Assembly (NCBI RefSeq): GCF_000143415.4
Contig: NW_003314404.1
Location: 248,001-312,000 of the forward strand
Direction of reading: 5' to 3'
Origin: Selaginella moellendorffii
Taxonomy: Eukaryota > Plantae > Lycopodiophyta
Length of the DNA: 64,000 nt
Shown: in pieces, positions 26,850 to 38,969 of the stretch
Position numbering within the stretch: the stretch's first letter is position 1
Layout: the number at the start of each line of letters is the position of its first letter
Notes under the pieces: model-generated
What the model was told of the DNA's origin: nothing
The model's input: the letters and a program-made list of their open reading frames with translations, nothing else
Database searches by the model: none
Position numbers and translations under genes: made by a program

Positions 26850-29139
26850 TGGCATGTGGCCTTACGCCATTCCTAGGTGAGATGATACAAATAACAAGTA
26901 TAAATTCTTAGTTGTTCTAGCAAATCTTACTTAAAGTTCAAGGTGAACAAGCCGAATATGAATTCATCGGATTGTTATAACAAATTGCGAGGTGATGGCA
27001 TGAGGCGATACGCCATTTGAGAGTGGTAGCCATTCCTATATGAGGTGAGTGAAGTATTTATTAGAAATACCTCATTCAATTGTGCACTTCTAAGTCTTGG
27101 TCCACTTAGTACTGTTTGCATGTTTTTATTTTAATTCTTTCTCTAAAATGTTATTTAGCATGTGGCTTCATGCCATTGCTCTCCACAATCATGCATTGAA
27201 TTTCTATCCTTGCATAATACTTCTCCATATATATAGCATGTGCGCACATGTGATATGGTTCATTAGGCCTGATATAGTGTGTGAGGTAAAACAAAGATGA
27301 TGTGACATATGCATTTACCAATCACACGTGCATAAATCTAATAATATGGCGTGTGGCCCATATTAATGGCACATAAACCCATATTGTGGGCTTACGTGCT
27401 TTATGTACCATCATTCCCTTGCAGCGTGTGTGTTGGTTTCCTTTTATAACACAACGAACTCCATATTTTAGGGTGAAGAGCGTTCTCATGGCAAGCACAA
27501 AATCTGTAAGTGAGGCAGAAAAGGAGATGGAGAAGGAGATAGGTGAAGATGTAGAATATATAAGTCTTCCAAACTCCCCGTACTATACTCCAGGTGATCA
27601 TTTTTCTGAACAAACGGCAACATTAACAACTATCGAGAACGCCCCAGTAACGTCAGAGACAACAATCCAAAGCAAAACAACTGACCCGGAGAAGGATGAT
27701 AGTACCGCTGAGAGTACCAAAAAGGAGGTGTCCACTAGCGCTTAGGCTTATAATGGCGTGTGCCCTCATGCCATTTACTTGATCACCAAATACCTTTTTC
27801 CCTTTGCACTAGTATATCTTAATACCGGTCTGAGAAATAGAATGGCATGTGCCCTCAGGCCTTTTACTAAATCACCTTTGAAAAAAATACAAGCCTCTAT
27901 GTCGTAAAAAAAAGGTACTAGAGAAATTCCTTAATAATATGAATGTTATTTAGTTTCATGAAAATACACTAAGGGTCAAATGAGTTAAATGACTTCTCCA
28001 GACTAGCAATGCCTCTTGCTACACCTTCACAATTAGATTCGTTAGAAAAAGATAACATTGAATAATATCTAAATGTTCTCACCATTAAGTTATATGTCTG
28101 GCTAATAGGAATGATGTTCATCTTGGAAAGCTCACCACACGCTCAATGAACAAACAAATAGTGTGTGCGCGCATGCCATCGCTCTTCTTTAGCTTCAGAT
28201 TCGGCTTGTTCACCTTGACAATGAGATTTATTATACAACTAGATGGACTCAGTCTGGACATAAGGTCACCGCGCTAGTCACCATGCCCCAGATATGTCTA
28301 GCCCCTGGACAAAAAACATATAATTTCACGTCATTTTCAAATACTTGAAAATTTGTACCTAGTCCCATTTTACTGAATAAATCCCACTTTAACGAAATAG
28401 AGCATATCACAGTTTTGTCTCTCAAAGACTAGGCCATCCGTCCATGAGTGATCATTTTATATCCACTCCTTAGCATCCTCAGGATGCTTACAGACATGGG
28501 GAACAACCTTCCCCAATATCCTTTTTACAGTCCCTACTAAGTCCCTTTCTTATCCATGGCCGTATTCGCCAACATTGCCACTGGGACAAAGCCCACAAGC
28601 CTAACCATTAAGTCCCACTGCCCTCTGGGGCTTCCTCACCACATGACCGTATCCATGATCACTACACCAGAGAACCACTCCTATTCCTTTCCATGGTCTG
28701 GGGCTTTGGGACAACATTTCGGAACACCATAGCACTACACGAGCCTCATGGGTATTCTCCCCACCTTCCACCTTTGGGTGCTTTAGCCATGGGCTTAGAG
28801 GAAGGTTTTGTTAAGCCATGCCAGGCATCCAAGTAAGTAGTGCCACCCATGTTTGTACTGGAAGCATTGACCATTCAATTTCCCGGGGGAACTAGAGCTA
28901 ACTCTTGAACACTTCACCAAGCTACCCCACTTGTCTGTCCATATTCACTCTAGCCTTGGATTTCCCAATGGTTATCCCATCACTTAACACTTGGGTATGG
29001 CCTTTCCTAGCCAAATTGGCTCCACTAAAGTCCAACCCCCCCACACTCTCCCTACTATACTTTTGGAACCTCTTGTAGCGCGCCCCCCCCCCCCCCCCCA
29101 GGGGACGATCGTTTTGGGCTTTCACCCAACAGCTTGTAT

Positions 29140-29475
29140 TAGTATTCGGACTCGGACTTGGTCTCGGTCTTGGCTTCGGACTCGGACTCGGTCTCAGTCT
29201 CGGTCTCGGTCTTGGTTCCATCTCGGACTCCATCTCAAACTCCATCTCGAACTCCATCTCGGGTCCATCTCGGACTCCATCTTGAACTCCATCTTGGACT
29301 CTATCTCAGACTCCATCTTGGGTCCATCTAACACTTCATCTCAGGTCCATCTCGGACTCCATCTCAGACTCCATCTCGGGTCCATCTCGGGTCTATCTTG
29401 AACTCCATCTCAGACTCCATCTTGGGTCCATCTCGGACTCTATCTTGAGCCTATCTCGAACTCCATCTCAGACTC
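29140..29475. repeat. Tandem 6-bp (CTCGGW) and 12-bp (CTCCATCTCGGA-like) repeats inside the Gypsy remnant
   Basis: Directly visible degenerate tandem array. Confidence 0.85.
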
Positions 29476-32400
29476 TTTTATGTGTCATGTGTTGGTCCTC
29501 TTGTGTCCCTTTTTTAGAGACTCACTTATTGCTCGCTTTGTGCTTGTTCCTTGAGCGCTTCGTTAGGAGTTCCACTCTTGCTCTTGACCTTTCAAATCAG
29601 AGCTTTTAGTCCAAACGTGTTACGCTTGTTTGGTTTTCACTTTAGCCACTACCACATAACACCTTTTCGGCTCCACTTTGGAGCTTAGGGATTTGTGTCT
29701 CACAATTACTTCCTTCTATGTTTCCATCTTGTTCCACTCTTCCCTTTTTCGATCCCTCTGACGGTTTTTGTGTTCCAATGGTTGACTTGCTCATGAAGGA
29801 GTATGCCGATCTCTTTGAATTTGACCTATTTTTTGAGGCCAAGATTGCCACATATCATCTGATTTCAACTAAGGATGCTTGTACAATCAAGGTTTTTATT
29901 TGTCGTTGGTCACCCAAAGAAATCAAGATTTCAAATGCAAATATCAAAAAGATGTTGGAAAATGGTGTTATTCAAAAGTCGTAAAGTCCTTGGACATATG
30001 AACCTCATCTAGTGACAAAGCCTGATGGGAGTATTTGTTTCTATATTGACTATAATCCATTAAATAAAGTGACAATCCTAGATATGTACCCTCTTCCTCA
30101 CACTGTTGATCTCTTGGATTGTCTAGGGAAAAGTCGTTAGTTCACCAAGCTAAATCTTACTTCTAAATACTAGCAAATACCAATGGCTAAAAAAGATATT
30201 CTTAAAATAAATTTTCATATATCATTTAGTTTGTACAAGTTCTTAATGATGCCGTTTGGTTTGAACAATGCTCCAGTGACTTTCCAGCAGAGGTTCTTTA
30301 TGATATGCCGAAAGTGATTGCTGAATTCATTGATGATGTTTTGATTCATTTGAAGGGGACATGGGAGGAATATGTCTCTGATATTCGTAAAGTGTTGGAT
30401 TGGCTACGAGAAGTTGGTTTAAAACTGAAGCAATTGAAATGCGTGTTTGGGTCCAAGGACACGACTTATCTTGGGTTCCGTATTTCTTATGAAAGCTTGC
30501 AAGTTGATCTTAACAAACTTGTGGCTATTTTAAAGTTCCCTACTTTGAAGTGTATGAATGATGTGCAACGCTTCCTAAACAAAGTGTAGTATCTTAGTCG
30601 TTTTGTGGATCATCTTTCTGATCACATTGCACCATTGCGAGCATTGCTAAAGTTATCAACATCATCTTTTATTTGGTTTGCAAACTGTGAGTAGGCATTC
30701 ATGTATTTCAAAGAACTATTGACAACTCTTTCAGTTTTGGCATATCCTAATTATACTCGATCTTCATTTTGCGCGGGGATGCTTTTGATATTGGTCTTGG
30801 AGGTGTGTTGATGCAAGAGAGCCCGAATATGCCTGCTCAATGCCATCCCATTGCATATATAAACTATACATTACAATTAGTAGAAGAGAACTACTCTACA
30901 ACAAAAGAGTGTTTAGTAGCAATCTGAGAAACTTTATGCATATCTACATGGTTCTTGGACGTTATTGGAAGGTGATTATGCTGCCATTACTTCATTATTA
31001 AAGCAAAAAAACCTAGTTGGTCATACTACTCAATGGGCTTTGAAGCTTTAGATATATAATTTTGATGTTGTTCATTGCCTGGGGAGTTCTATGGCTAATG
31101 CTAATGCCCTTTCTCGAACTCCTCTTCCTTTTTCACTCTCTTCTCATATTTTTGATGAGCCTATTATTCTAGCATTTATTGTGGATTTAGAAGCTTCGAG
31201 ATGAGTTTGAGAATCCTGCATCACTTGTTAATGACTTGCCATTCTGGCATTTACATTCTGAATATCACTTTGAAAATAGCCTTCTTTATTTTGTGGGGAC
31301 AAATCCTAATGATCATTTATTGCTAGTGGTGCCTTCAATCTTTATTCCACGGTTTCTCTATGTTTACCATGACTCTGTTATTCTAGGCGGCCATATAGGA
31401 CATCATCGTGTGACCAAGAAGCTGCATAAGTCTTTGTATTAACCAAAGATGCAACGTAATGTTATTTGGTATATGCATAGCTGTATTTGGTGCCAAACTC
31501 GTAATACTCCCCCTCATGCTGCAAAAGGACAACTAGAGTCAGTTGCAATTTCCCATCCATTTAAATTGGTGGTGTTTGATCTTATGGGAGTTTTTCACAA
31601 TCAACTACTAGCAATGAGTATATTATTATTGCTTCTAACTATTTGACTCATTGGGTGGAAGTTAGTGTTTTTGCTAGCATCTCTGCAATTGTTGTTGGAT
31701 ACTTCCTCCTTAATTGAGTTGTGTTTTAGCATTCTTGTCCAAAGCAGATTCTTTTAGATAATGGTCCCATATTTATGGCTAAAACATTTCATGTTTTGAC
31801 ATCTCGGTTTGGGATATGCCACACTTTCACTAGTGCTTATCATCCATAATCAGACGGTTTGGTGGAATGGCTTATTCAAACATTCAAAAGGATGATCACG
31901 AAATACGTAAACTTTCAGCATTCAGATTATGATGGTTATTTGCTGTCTCTTTGGTATGCATATATCACAAGGGTGTAGAGTTCTGTTAGCGCTTCATTAT
32001 ATAAACTTCTATATAGTTATGATCTAATATTACCAATGGAGTTGGGTTTACCTTCATAATTGTCACGAGCTGCCGATGCTAAGTTATGGGATCAGTATTT
32101 GACAAGCATTCTTCCACTTATCCGAGTAAAGTCTACCAAACACCTAGGCTACATACAATTGAGACAATAATAGCACAATAACTCCTATTATCATCCAACT
32201 GCAGAGTACAAAGTAGATGACTTAGTATTAGTCTATTTTCCCCATTTTATGGTGTGTGGTTTATCTAAAAAGCTCCTTGCTTAGTGGAAGGGATTATATC
32301 AGGTGTTGCAACATGTTAGACTGCAAGTTTATGATGTTTAACATGATGTCCAACAGGCTGATCCTCTAGAAATTGTGTATGTGTAGCAGTTGAAACACTT

Positions 32401-32897
32401 CATACAAAGGGATTAGGAACAATTGGTACCACCTACAGATCCACTGATGCCTCCTTCTGATGTTCCTCTGGATCCCGACTCATCTACAAGAAAACTCCTT
32501 GTCCTTGGACTTGAGCCATAATAGCATCAACTTCCATTAAAATAAAACCATCGCACACAAAAAATGGAGTTGAAAGACGTGCGGTAAGAAGTGGAAGAGG
32601 AAACATCTCATAACGTTGTGTCAAATGAAGAGCATCATCAATGGTGGCTAGAGCAAGTACATACACAATTTTGACAAGATCAAGATAGTCCTAGCTTGAT
32701 TTGCTGTAACATATTTCGCTCCCCACAAAGCGAGAAGCTTTAGAAACGAATTTCAAATTGCATCACTGACTCAAATGGCCTTTGATGAGGATGATACAAT
32801 TATTAAAAGGCATTATCACAATCGTTAGTATATCCGAATGCGCGTTTGAAAATATCTAAGAGAACACTCTAATCCCCACAAGTGATTGTGCTCAAAA

Positions 32898-33358
32898 TTG
32901 TACCACGTGTTATGAATATTGCCATCAACTGAGTTTAGTTGTTCAATTGCAACTACATAGTATTAAGCAATTGCACAAATTGCTACTTCAGAGTCAAAGA
33001 AGGAGGAGACTATTGCTTTGCCCTGAAGATGAATAAAAAGGAAAGAGCAAAAGAAGAGAAATAAGAAAAAGTTAAAAGGAAAGGGAGATCTAAACCAAAA
33101 TCTTAAAAAGAAAGAATAAAAGAAAGAAAATGGAAAAAGTTAAATCTAAATAATGCAAAAGTTAAATTTAAACCAAAATCCCAAATCCAAGCACTCTCAA
33201 GGACAATAAAAAGTGCTCTTCATCTCCACTAATGTGAGTGCATGAAATAAAGAAAAAGAATACAAAAAATATGCATATCAATTAACCCAAAGATATTAAT
33301 TTATATATAGGAGTAAGTGGTCCAAATTGAAACCAATCCAATGGCTACCACCTCATAA
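32898..33358 (-). mobile_element. Inverted 5' fragment (partial LTR, PBS, leader) of Gypsy family A
   Basis: Reverse complement aligns with about 4770-5253. Confidence 0.8.
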
Positions 33359-33639
33359 CATGAAAAAACAAATATTTCTTTTTCAATAGTAAATTATTAA
33401 TATTTTTTGCTCAAATTAAATTCTGAATAACATAAATGAAAAATTTCAAAGAGATCTTATTTAAATCTTACTCATATTAGCTCATTTTACAACACCTTGA
33501 TGCCAGTGATGGCTACTTATTTCTTTCAGATTTATCTTGATCAGTTTTACAGTTAAAAGTGATTCTGCAGTGCTTAAAGATTACCTTTGCTCTTGGGAGC
33601 AAACTTGGATGGGCACACTGAAAATGCAAGCCGCCGTGC

Positions 33640-35829
33640 GGCAAATGCGAGAGTGAAACGCTCCTCTTCGGTGAGCAATCTCTCAATCACTTTAACCGTT
33701 TGATCGACATTAAAGATATTGATTCTTTATAGGATTTGAGGTAGGATATATCAATTATTGATGATTCTTTTTGCACTTGTTATGAAGTGAGTTATATTTT
33801 ATTATGCATAGATGGATTTATGGAGGATTTGTTTGGTGATCACTTATTAAGCATAGCTTTGTTGTGTTTAGCTTTTGGATTGATGTAAAAATACTTTTCA
33901 TTAGCTTTACATTATGAAGTTTAACTTATATATGTGTTGAGGATATTGTGCGTTACTTCTTTAGCATTGAAATTAGTTCATACAAGACTTATGATCATTG
34001 TTAGGCAAGACTTGGCTATAAACTTCTTCAACCTTTTGGTTTTTTGAGTTTTATATTTATTGTTTAATTTATTAGAAGTTGTTGGGGAAGGCATTTTTGG
34101 TTTATTAACTTTGATATTGAAGTTAGTATTTACATCTGATAATCATTAGTGATGATTAATTATCATTTAAGATAATTGATTATTCTTGTCAAAAGTTTTT
34201 CTTAATTATTGTTGATTTAGAATGATTTGTCGTTCTTTAAGATGGTGGATTCTTTTTTTGACAATGATTATATATGTCTTTATTAATGGGATGATTGATG
34301 GTCTTTCATGATAGTTAATTATTCTCTTTGATGGCTTTTGGCTTTTCATATTACCACATATTCTTTATGGTTTGGTTTGGTTTAGCTTTTTGGGTTTGAG
34401 ATATTGGTAGAATGTTGCTAACGCTTGTTTAAGCAATTTAAGTTCCTTTGTATTATTGATTAAGATTAATTTAAGCTAGCTAATGTGATAGTTGGCATAA
34501 ATAAGTATTTGTTAGTCTTGCCACATTCATTTTGTTCTATTGATTATTTTTATAGTTAGTTTTAATAGATTGGATATTATTTCCTTTGGATGATACATTC
34601 ACGAGCATTTTACTTACCAATCAATGATACTTTCTGTTCTTTGAGTTATTTTACGTAAGTTGTTTAGCATATTATTTGCAATCTTCAATAGTTTAGTTTT
34701 ATTATTGAGTTTTGTTAATGATATACTAGGTATTGAATTTTGTTTAATAGTGATAATGATCTTGGTGGTTTTTGTACTCTAATACTGGTTTATTGGATGA
34801 TAAATTACTTAGAAAACTTTTAATCTAAGATTTATTCATTGATATTTAAGTCTTTAATATATCATTATCTATGACTTTAATATTATCCATCTCTTGATCT
34901 TTCCATTTGAAGGCAAATTGGCTTCGGCACTTTGTGTGCATTATGAAATCTTTAATTATGGGGTAGCTACTATCACCTGCCTCTCTATTGATGTCCCTTA
35001 TATCATTAAAAGGGTGTGACCATGTGAACAACTCTAATTGCTTATTTACAATACTCTATCTAAACTTTATTGACTAGTTTAATTTCTTTGCTCATAAAGG
35101 TTAAAGTTTATAGCTTCTCTCTTTATGTCACATGTGGGTAGGGATATATCACTCTTTTGTAAGTTAAATGACACAAGAGTAGCAAGGGTGGCTAACTTTG
35201 TTAGTCATTTTTTTGTCAATGATGACCAGAAGGTGTCTAACTTTGTAATGCATTTGTGTTAGACAACAAGGTTACCCTAAATCATAAGTTGGTGCATTTC
35301 TCATATAGTGTCATCACTGTGAAATTTTTCTAAAGTTGTTTCCTTGGTAATGGTCTAGACTACAGTGCGCATCGATGAAAATGTTGATCTTCCCTAAGAA
35401 GGGGAAAGTGTCACGAATAAAATTACATGTATTGAAAATTACTTATTAATTAGTCCTTTTGAATATTTTTTCCTTATTACCACAATAGTGAAAGGTTGGT
35501 ATTGTTAGTTCTTTTTTCAACCCCTCTTGTTCAAGTGTTAGTAAATTAGGCTTAAGATTTGTACTTAGCCAAATGAATAACTTTTATGCATTTTTTGTTA
35601 AGCATACTCAATTTGGCTTTAGTTCTCTTTTACTTTATATTGTAGTGGCTTGACAAAAACCCTTGTGTATTGAGATTAATCCCTCAATATTGCCAAATGA
35701 TAATTTATCATGTCTACTAAACACCTTCACTCACCCTATGTGTTAATCTTGTTCAGTCCTAATTACTATTTATTGAAAGTGGGGGGGCGGGGGGAGGGGG
35801 TGGGGGGGTTGTGAGATAGTAGGGATAAT
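33640..35829 (+). mobile_element. Highly eroded LTR-retrotransposon remnant ending in a G-rich polypurine tract
   Basis: Traces of RT, integrase (KGKLA) and chromodomain-like motifs; G-run at 35780-35808 followed by TG. Confidence 0.4.
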
Positions 35830-36772
35830 TGGTTCAAGGACTACTCCCAGTTCCAGCATTTGATCCACGCTCATTGCAGTGGCAAAAACGCAAAGGTACG
35901 TGTTTGGCTAAGCAAGGCACTGGTTTCCTCATGTAGAGGAGGAGTTCACACTAGATTTTGGAACTTGGATGTGGCAACTCGCGCATGAGCGAAGATATGT
36001 ACCAAGACGGCTTCACGGACATCACAGCTACTGATCTCTCGCCTGTGGCTGTGGAGAGCAAGCGATGGAGATGCTTCGACTTGAACTATGGTATTCTTCT
36101 CGGCATTTCTTCTTTTCAACTTTGTCATTCTTGTCTCTCCAGGCATCAAAGTTCTTGTAGCTGATATCATGGACATGCCATTCAAGGACGCGAGCTTCGA
36201 CATTGTGATCGAGAAGGGAGTGATGGTATGATACAGAGATAGTGTTTGTCTTTTATATCGGATCAAAATTAAAGGAACAAACAGGATGTTCTCTTCGTGG
36301 ACAGCGGGAGTCCCTGGGATCCAGAGCCCCAAACAAGAGCCCGAGTTGACGTGACGCTCAAAGAGGTACACCGAGTTCTTGGAGCGAATGGTGTTTTCAT
36401 CTCAATAGCATTTGGCCAGGCAAGAAAGACTTTGATCTTAGAGCTTCTACTCTCTTTTTAACTCTTTGCCTTGACAGCCTCACTTTCGGCGCCCCTTTTT
36501 CGAGGCCAGTGGCTTCGAGTGGTCCATGGAGTACTCAACCTTTGGAGACTCGTTCCACTATTATTTTTATACGCTAAGAAAGGTAGTCTCTTTCCTCCCC
36601 GGTCAAACTTTTAAACACTCTAACATCGTTTTACCAGGGAATGGCCAGAAAGGTTTTGCCTCGAGACTCGATGGAAATCACAAGCATTGACATGGTGCAG
36701 GAGCAAATGGATGACGAAGATTATATCATGAGAACCATGATGGTCGACGACGACAAAACCACGTCCAGTTGA
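35830..36772 (+). pseudogene. SAM-dependent methyltransferase, EEF1AKMT4/ECE2-like, 5'-truncated
   Basis: Exons WFKDYSQF / ILELGCGNS / FDIVIEKG / DVLFVDSGSPWDP...FISIAFGQ / PHFRRPFF...FHYYFY / ...EQMDDEDY; short introns; no start exon because retroelement sequence abuts at 35829. Confidence 0.8.
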
Positions 36773-36814
36773 TCGATCATTTCAAAAAATATCGATAACT
36801 TCCACCATGTTTCC

Positions 36815-37370
36815 ATGCTGTGCATATGCCTTGATCACGACACCGGATCCTTACGCGAACTCTTGCAGCTCTCAAAAACGTTCCTGGCATCGCCCACGAA
36901 TCCAGCTCCAGCCAGCATCTTCACGACCACGGGCGTTTTGTCCACTACCTCGGACTCCAGACGGACCGCCTGTGCATATATCTATCTTCTGGAAGCGGAG
37001 GCCACCTTTGTGAGAATGCCAGAAAGAAACGTCTGGACTGCCAGGATCGGACGTTCCGGTTGCTTGATAGTCTTGGACACAGTGCCCCATGATAGCGTGG
37101 TGCTCGAGCTGTGGGGATTGCAAGCGTGCTGCTACGTCGGTTTGGCCCTATGAGACATTGTTCTTGAGCGCTCTTCTTGCTTGCAAGCACTGCGGCGATT
37201 TGGACCCCAGATGGCGCTGCATCGACTTTGGCGTGCTGCCACACTAGAGCAGCGTGCTGGTCGGCGGGGTGTGTGGTGCGAGTGGGTGCTCGCCAAGGAT
37301 TTGGCCCGCCATGCGACAATGTTGCCTGGACGGCCTTCACTGCATGCTAGTTACACGATGGGGATATAGG
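36815..37370 (+). pseudogene. Eroded PPR gene fragment
   Basis: EAEATFVRMPERNVWTA and other partial PPR/E-like words; no continuous frame. Confidence 0.35.
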
Positions 37371-37389
37371 CTGTGAGAGAGTTTTCGGG

Positions 37390-37590
37390 CCCTTAGGACC
37401 TCGAGGACATTGTTCTGAGAGGAGGGGATGATATAAAGTCCAAGTGTACAATTACAGTATTATATACTGTGGGATTTTGATAGGTGTTGAATTGGTTTCA
37501 ATCTAAACCGCTCGCTCCTATATATAAACTAAGGTTTTTAGGCTAATTGATATACATATTTTTATATTCCCTTTCTATATTCCATGAATA
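37390..37590 (+). mobile_element. PPT plus 3' LTR of Gypsy family A
   Basis: GAGAGGAGGGGATGA followed by sequence homologous to 4719-4890. Confidence 0.65.
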
Positions 37591-38969
37591 TATTTCTTTA
37601 AATTTTTTCTCAACAAAATAATGAATATTTTAAGAATATACACTGCCAGATACTAGATAAAAAAACTCTTAAGTTCTACACACTTGTTCTAAAGAACAAC
37701 AAAGGAATATTAAGCTTCCAAAATGGTAAGGAGAAAATATAAAAATTAATTATTGTTAAAATCTCTTATTCTCAGCCAACAATTTTTTCTAATGAAATGT
37801 GTTTGAATGAGATACACATAATATTCTTTTATTAAACATAATATATATTAGTTCACCTTAGTGGATCAGTATTAACACCTTATGCCAACTGATGATCCTG
37901 ACATTTCCAATGCTCTCAAATTTCATTGTGCTCAGCAGCACAAAAGTCTTGGTGGTCAACACTGAAGATCTCGTCACTCCTGCTGGCATAAGTTGTCGAT
38001 CATAGATGTGGAACTGCCATGTTTGTAGGTGCTGAAGCTGCTGAAACAGTTTGCTAGATCACAAATGTCTGCTTGGAAATATTTGATCAGGTGAGCCTTT
38101 TTTGGTTTTTCAACTTTGGTGAGTCAGATCATTAAATCCCCGCCTATATCAGAAAAAGTAGAAACAAAGAAATGGAAATGAAACTGTTTGTTCAGCAGTA
38201 GTGGTTGTACCTTTGCTTCGATAGCTTCATATCATGGGCTCTCCTGAGGACGTCGGGAAGGCTTGTTCGAGCCAATGCGCTCCAAGTATGGGTTACCACG
38301 TTGTCAGGGAGAGCTTGAGAGTGTATAGAGTCATCACATTTTCTGGCGATTTAATATACTAGCCCAGCACTATCATGATATCATCGTGGGTTCCAAGCAT
38401 CTGGAGCCATGGCAAACGTCTACTCGAGCGTCGAGAGGCTGGTGGCCAAGGAGCTGCTCACGAATCTACGACTCCACCGTCTTCCACTGGTTATGCAACA
38501 ACTCAATGTTAAAGGTGGATTTTCGCGATGGAAGGCAATGAAAGTTGAGAACATCGGCAACCTCCGCAATGAAAAGATTGTCATCACTCCGGCTCAGGTA
38601 AGTGCCTTTATTGTAGATGCTGGAGCTGGTTTCGAAGAATGCTCTCATGGATGTCTTCCAGGCCGATCTCGTGATCACTTTCATTTTGTGTTTTCATCGT
38701 TTAGTTAGACCTTTGGCACTGAGCGAATCGGAAGTACTACAAATTTGAAAACGTAATCTAGCTTAGAGCTAGCACATATATCATAGGCTCTTGGCTGTGG
38801 CTCTGAATCTCGCCGCTATATGACTATATGACGACGAGCAGCTTTGCTACGTTTAAGCTCGGGATCAAGAACTTACACACCGGAAATTAGGGTTCTTCCG
38901 TAGCCGCGGCACGGCGACCGCGAGGCGGCGGCAGGGAGAAGCTGCCGCGGATTGCGCGCACGGAGCTCA

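Larger units (their letters stand above)
14881..28179. repeat. Dispersed 22-bp palindrome family ATGGCRTG-N6-CAYGCCAT (about 30 copies)
   Basis: Copies start at 14881, 15958, 16033, 17275, 17466, 17607, 19079, 20356, 20416, 20493, 21272, 21407, 21566, 21645, 22509, 22581, 22617, 23232, 23330, 23500, 23536, 23606, 25450, 25507, 26849, 26995, 27155, 27346, 27753, 27842 and 28158. Confidence 0.92.
14527..28403. mobile_element. 13.9-kb TIR DNA transposon with Sola-like DDD transposase and large cargo gene
   Basis: Perfect 22-bp TIR GCTCTATTTCGTTAAAGTGGGA at 14527-14548 and 28382-28403; flanks ACATCAAA (14519-14526) and ATATCACA (28404-28411) form a degenerate 8-bp TSD; the two flanks join to match the uninterrupted paralog at about 6815-6960. 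Confidence 0.9.
4719..32480 (+). mobile_element. Degenerate Ty3/Gypsy retrotransposon(s), family A, hosting nested insertions
   Basis: gag remnant at about 5270-5900; protease LV(N)TGSS at about 6181; RT MPFGLNNAP and FIDDVL at about 30250-30340; RNase H at about 30760-31120; integrase (HHCC remnant, AYHPxSDGLVE at about 31835). Many stops. The duplicated internal segment (6590-7030 vs 14320-14526 plus 28404-28520) suggests more than one copy. Confidence 0.65.

Noticed and set aside
14881-28179. Palindromic repeats as a CRISPR array
   Set aside because: Spacing is irregular (tens to thousands of bp), copies lie in introns and exons, there are no cas genes, and the context is eukaryotic.
4770-33358. 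About 450-bp inverted repeats as TIRs of a 28-kb giant DNA transposon
   Set aside because: The repeat consists of LTR, PBS and leader of a Gypsy family (a PPT-preceded LTR copy is at about 37431), and no TSD was seen.
33640-35100. Apparent strand-biased C depletion suggesting enzymatic hypermutation
   Set aside because: Cannot be quantified without an ancestral consensus; ordinary decay of an old methylated element is sufficient.
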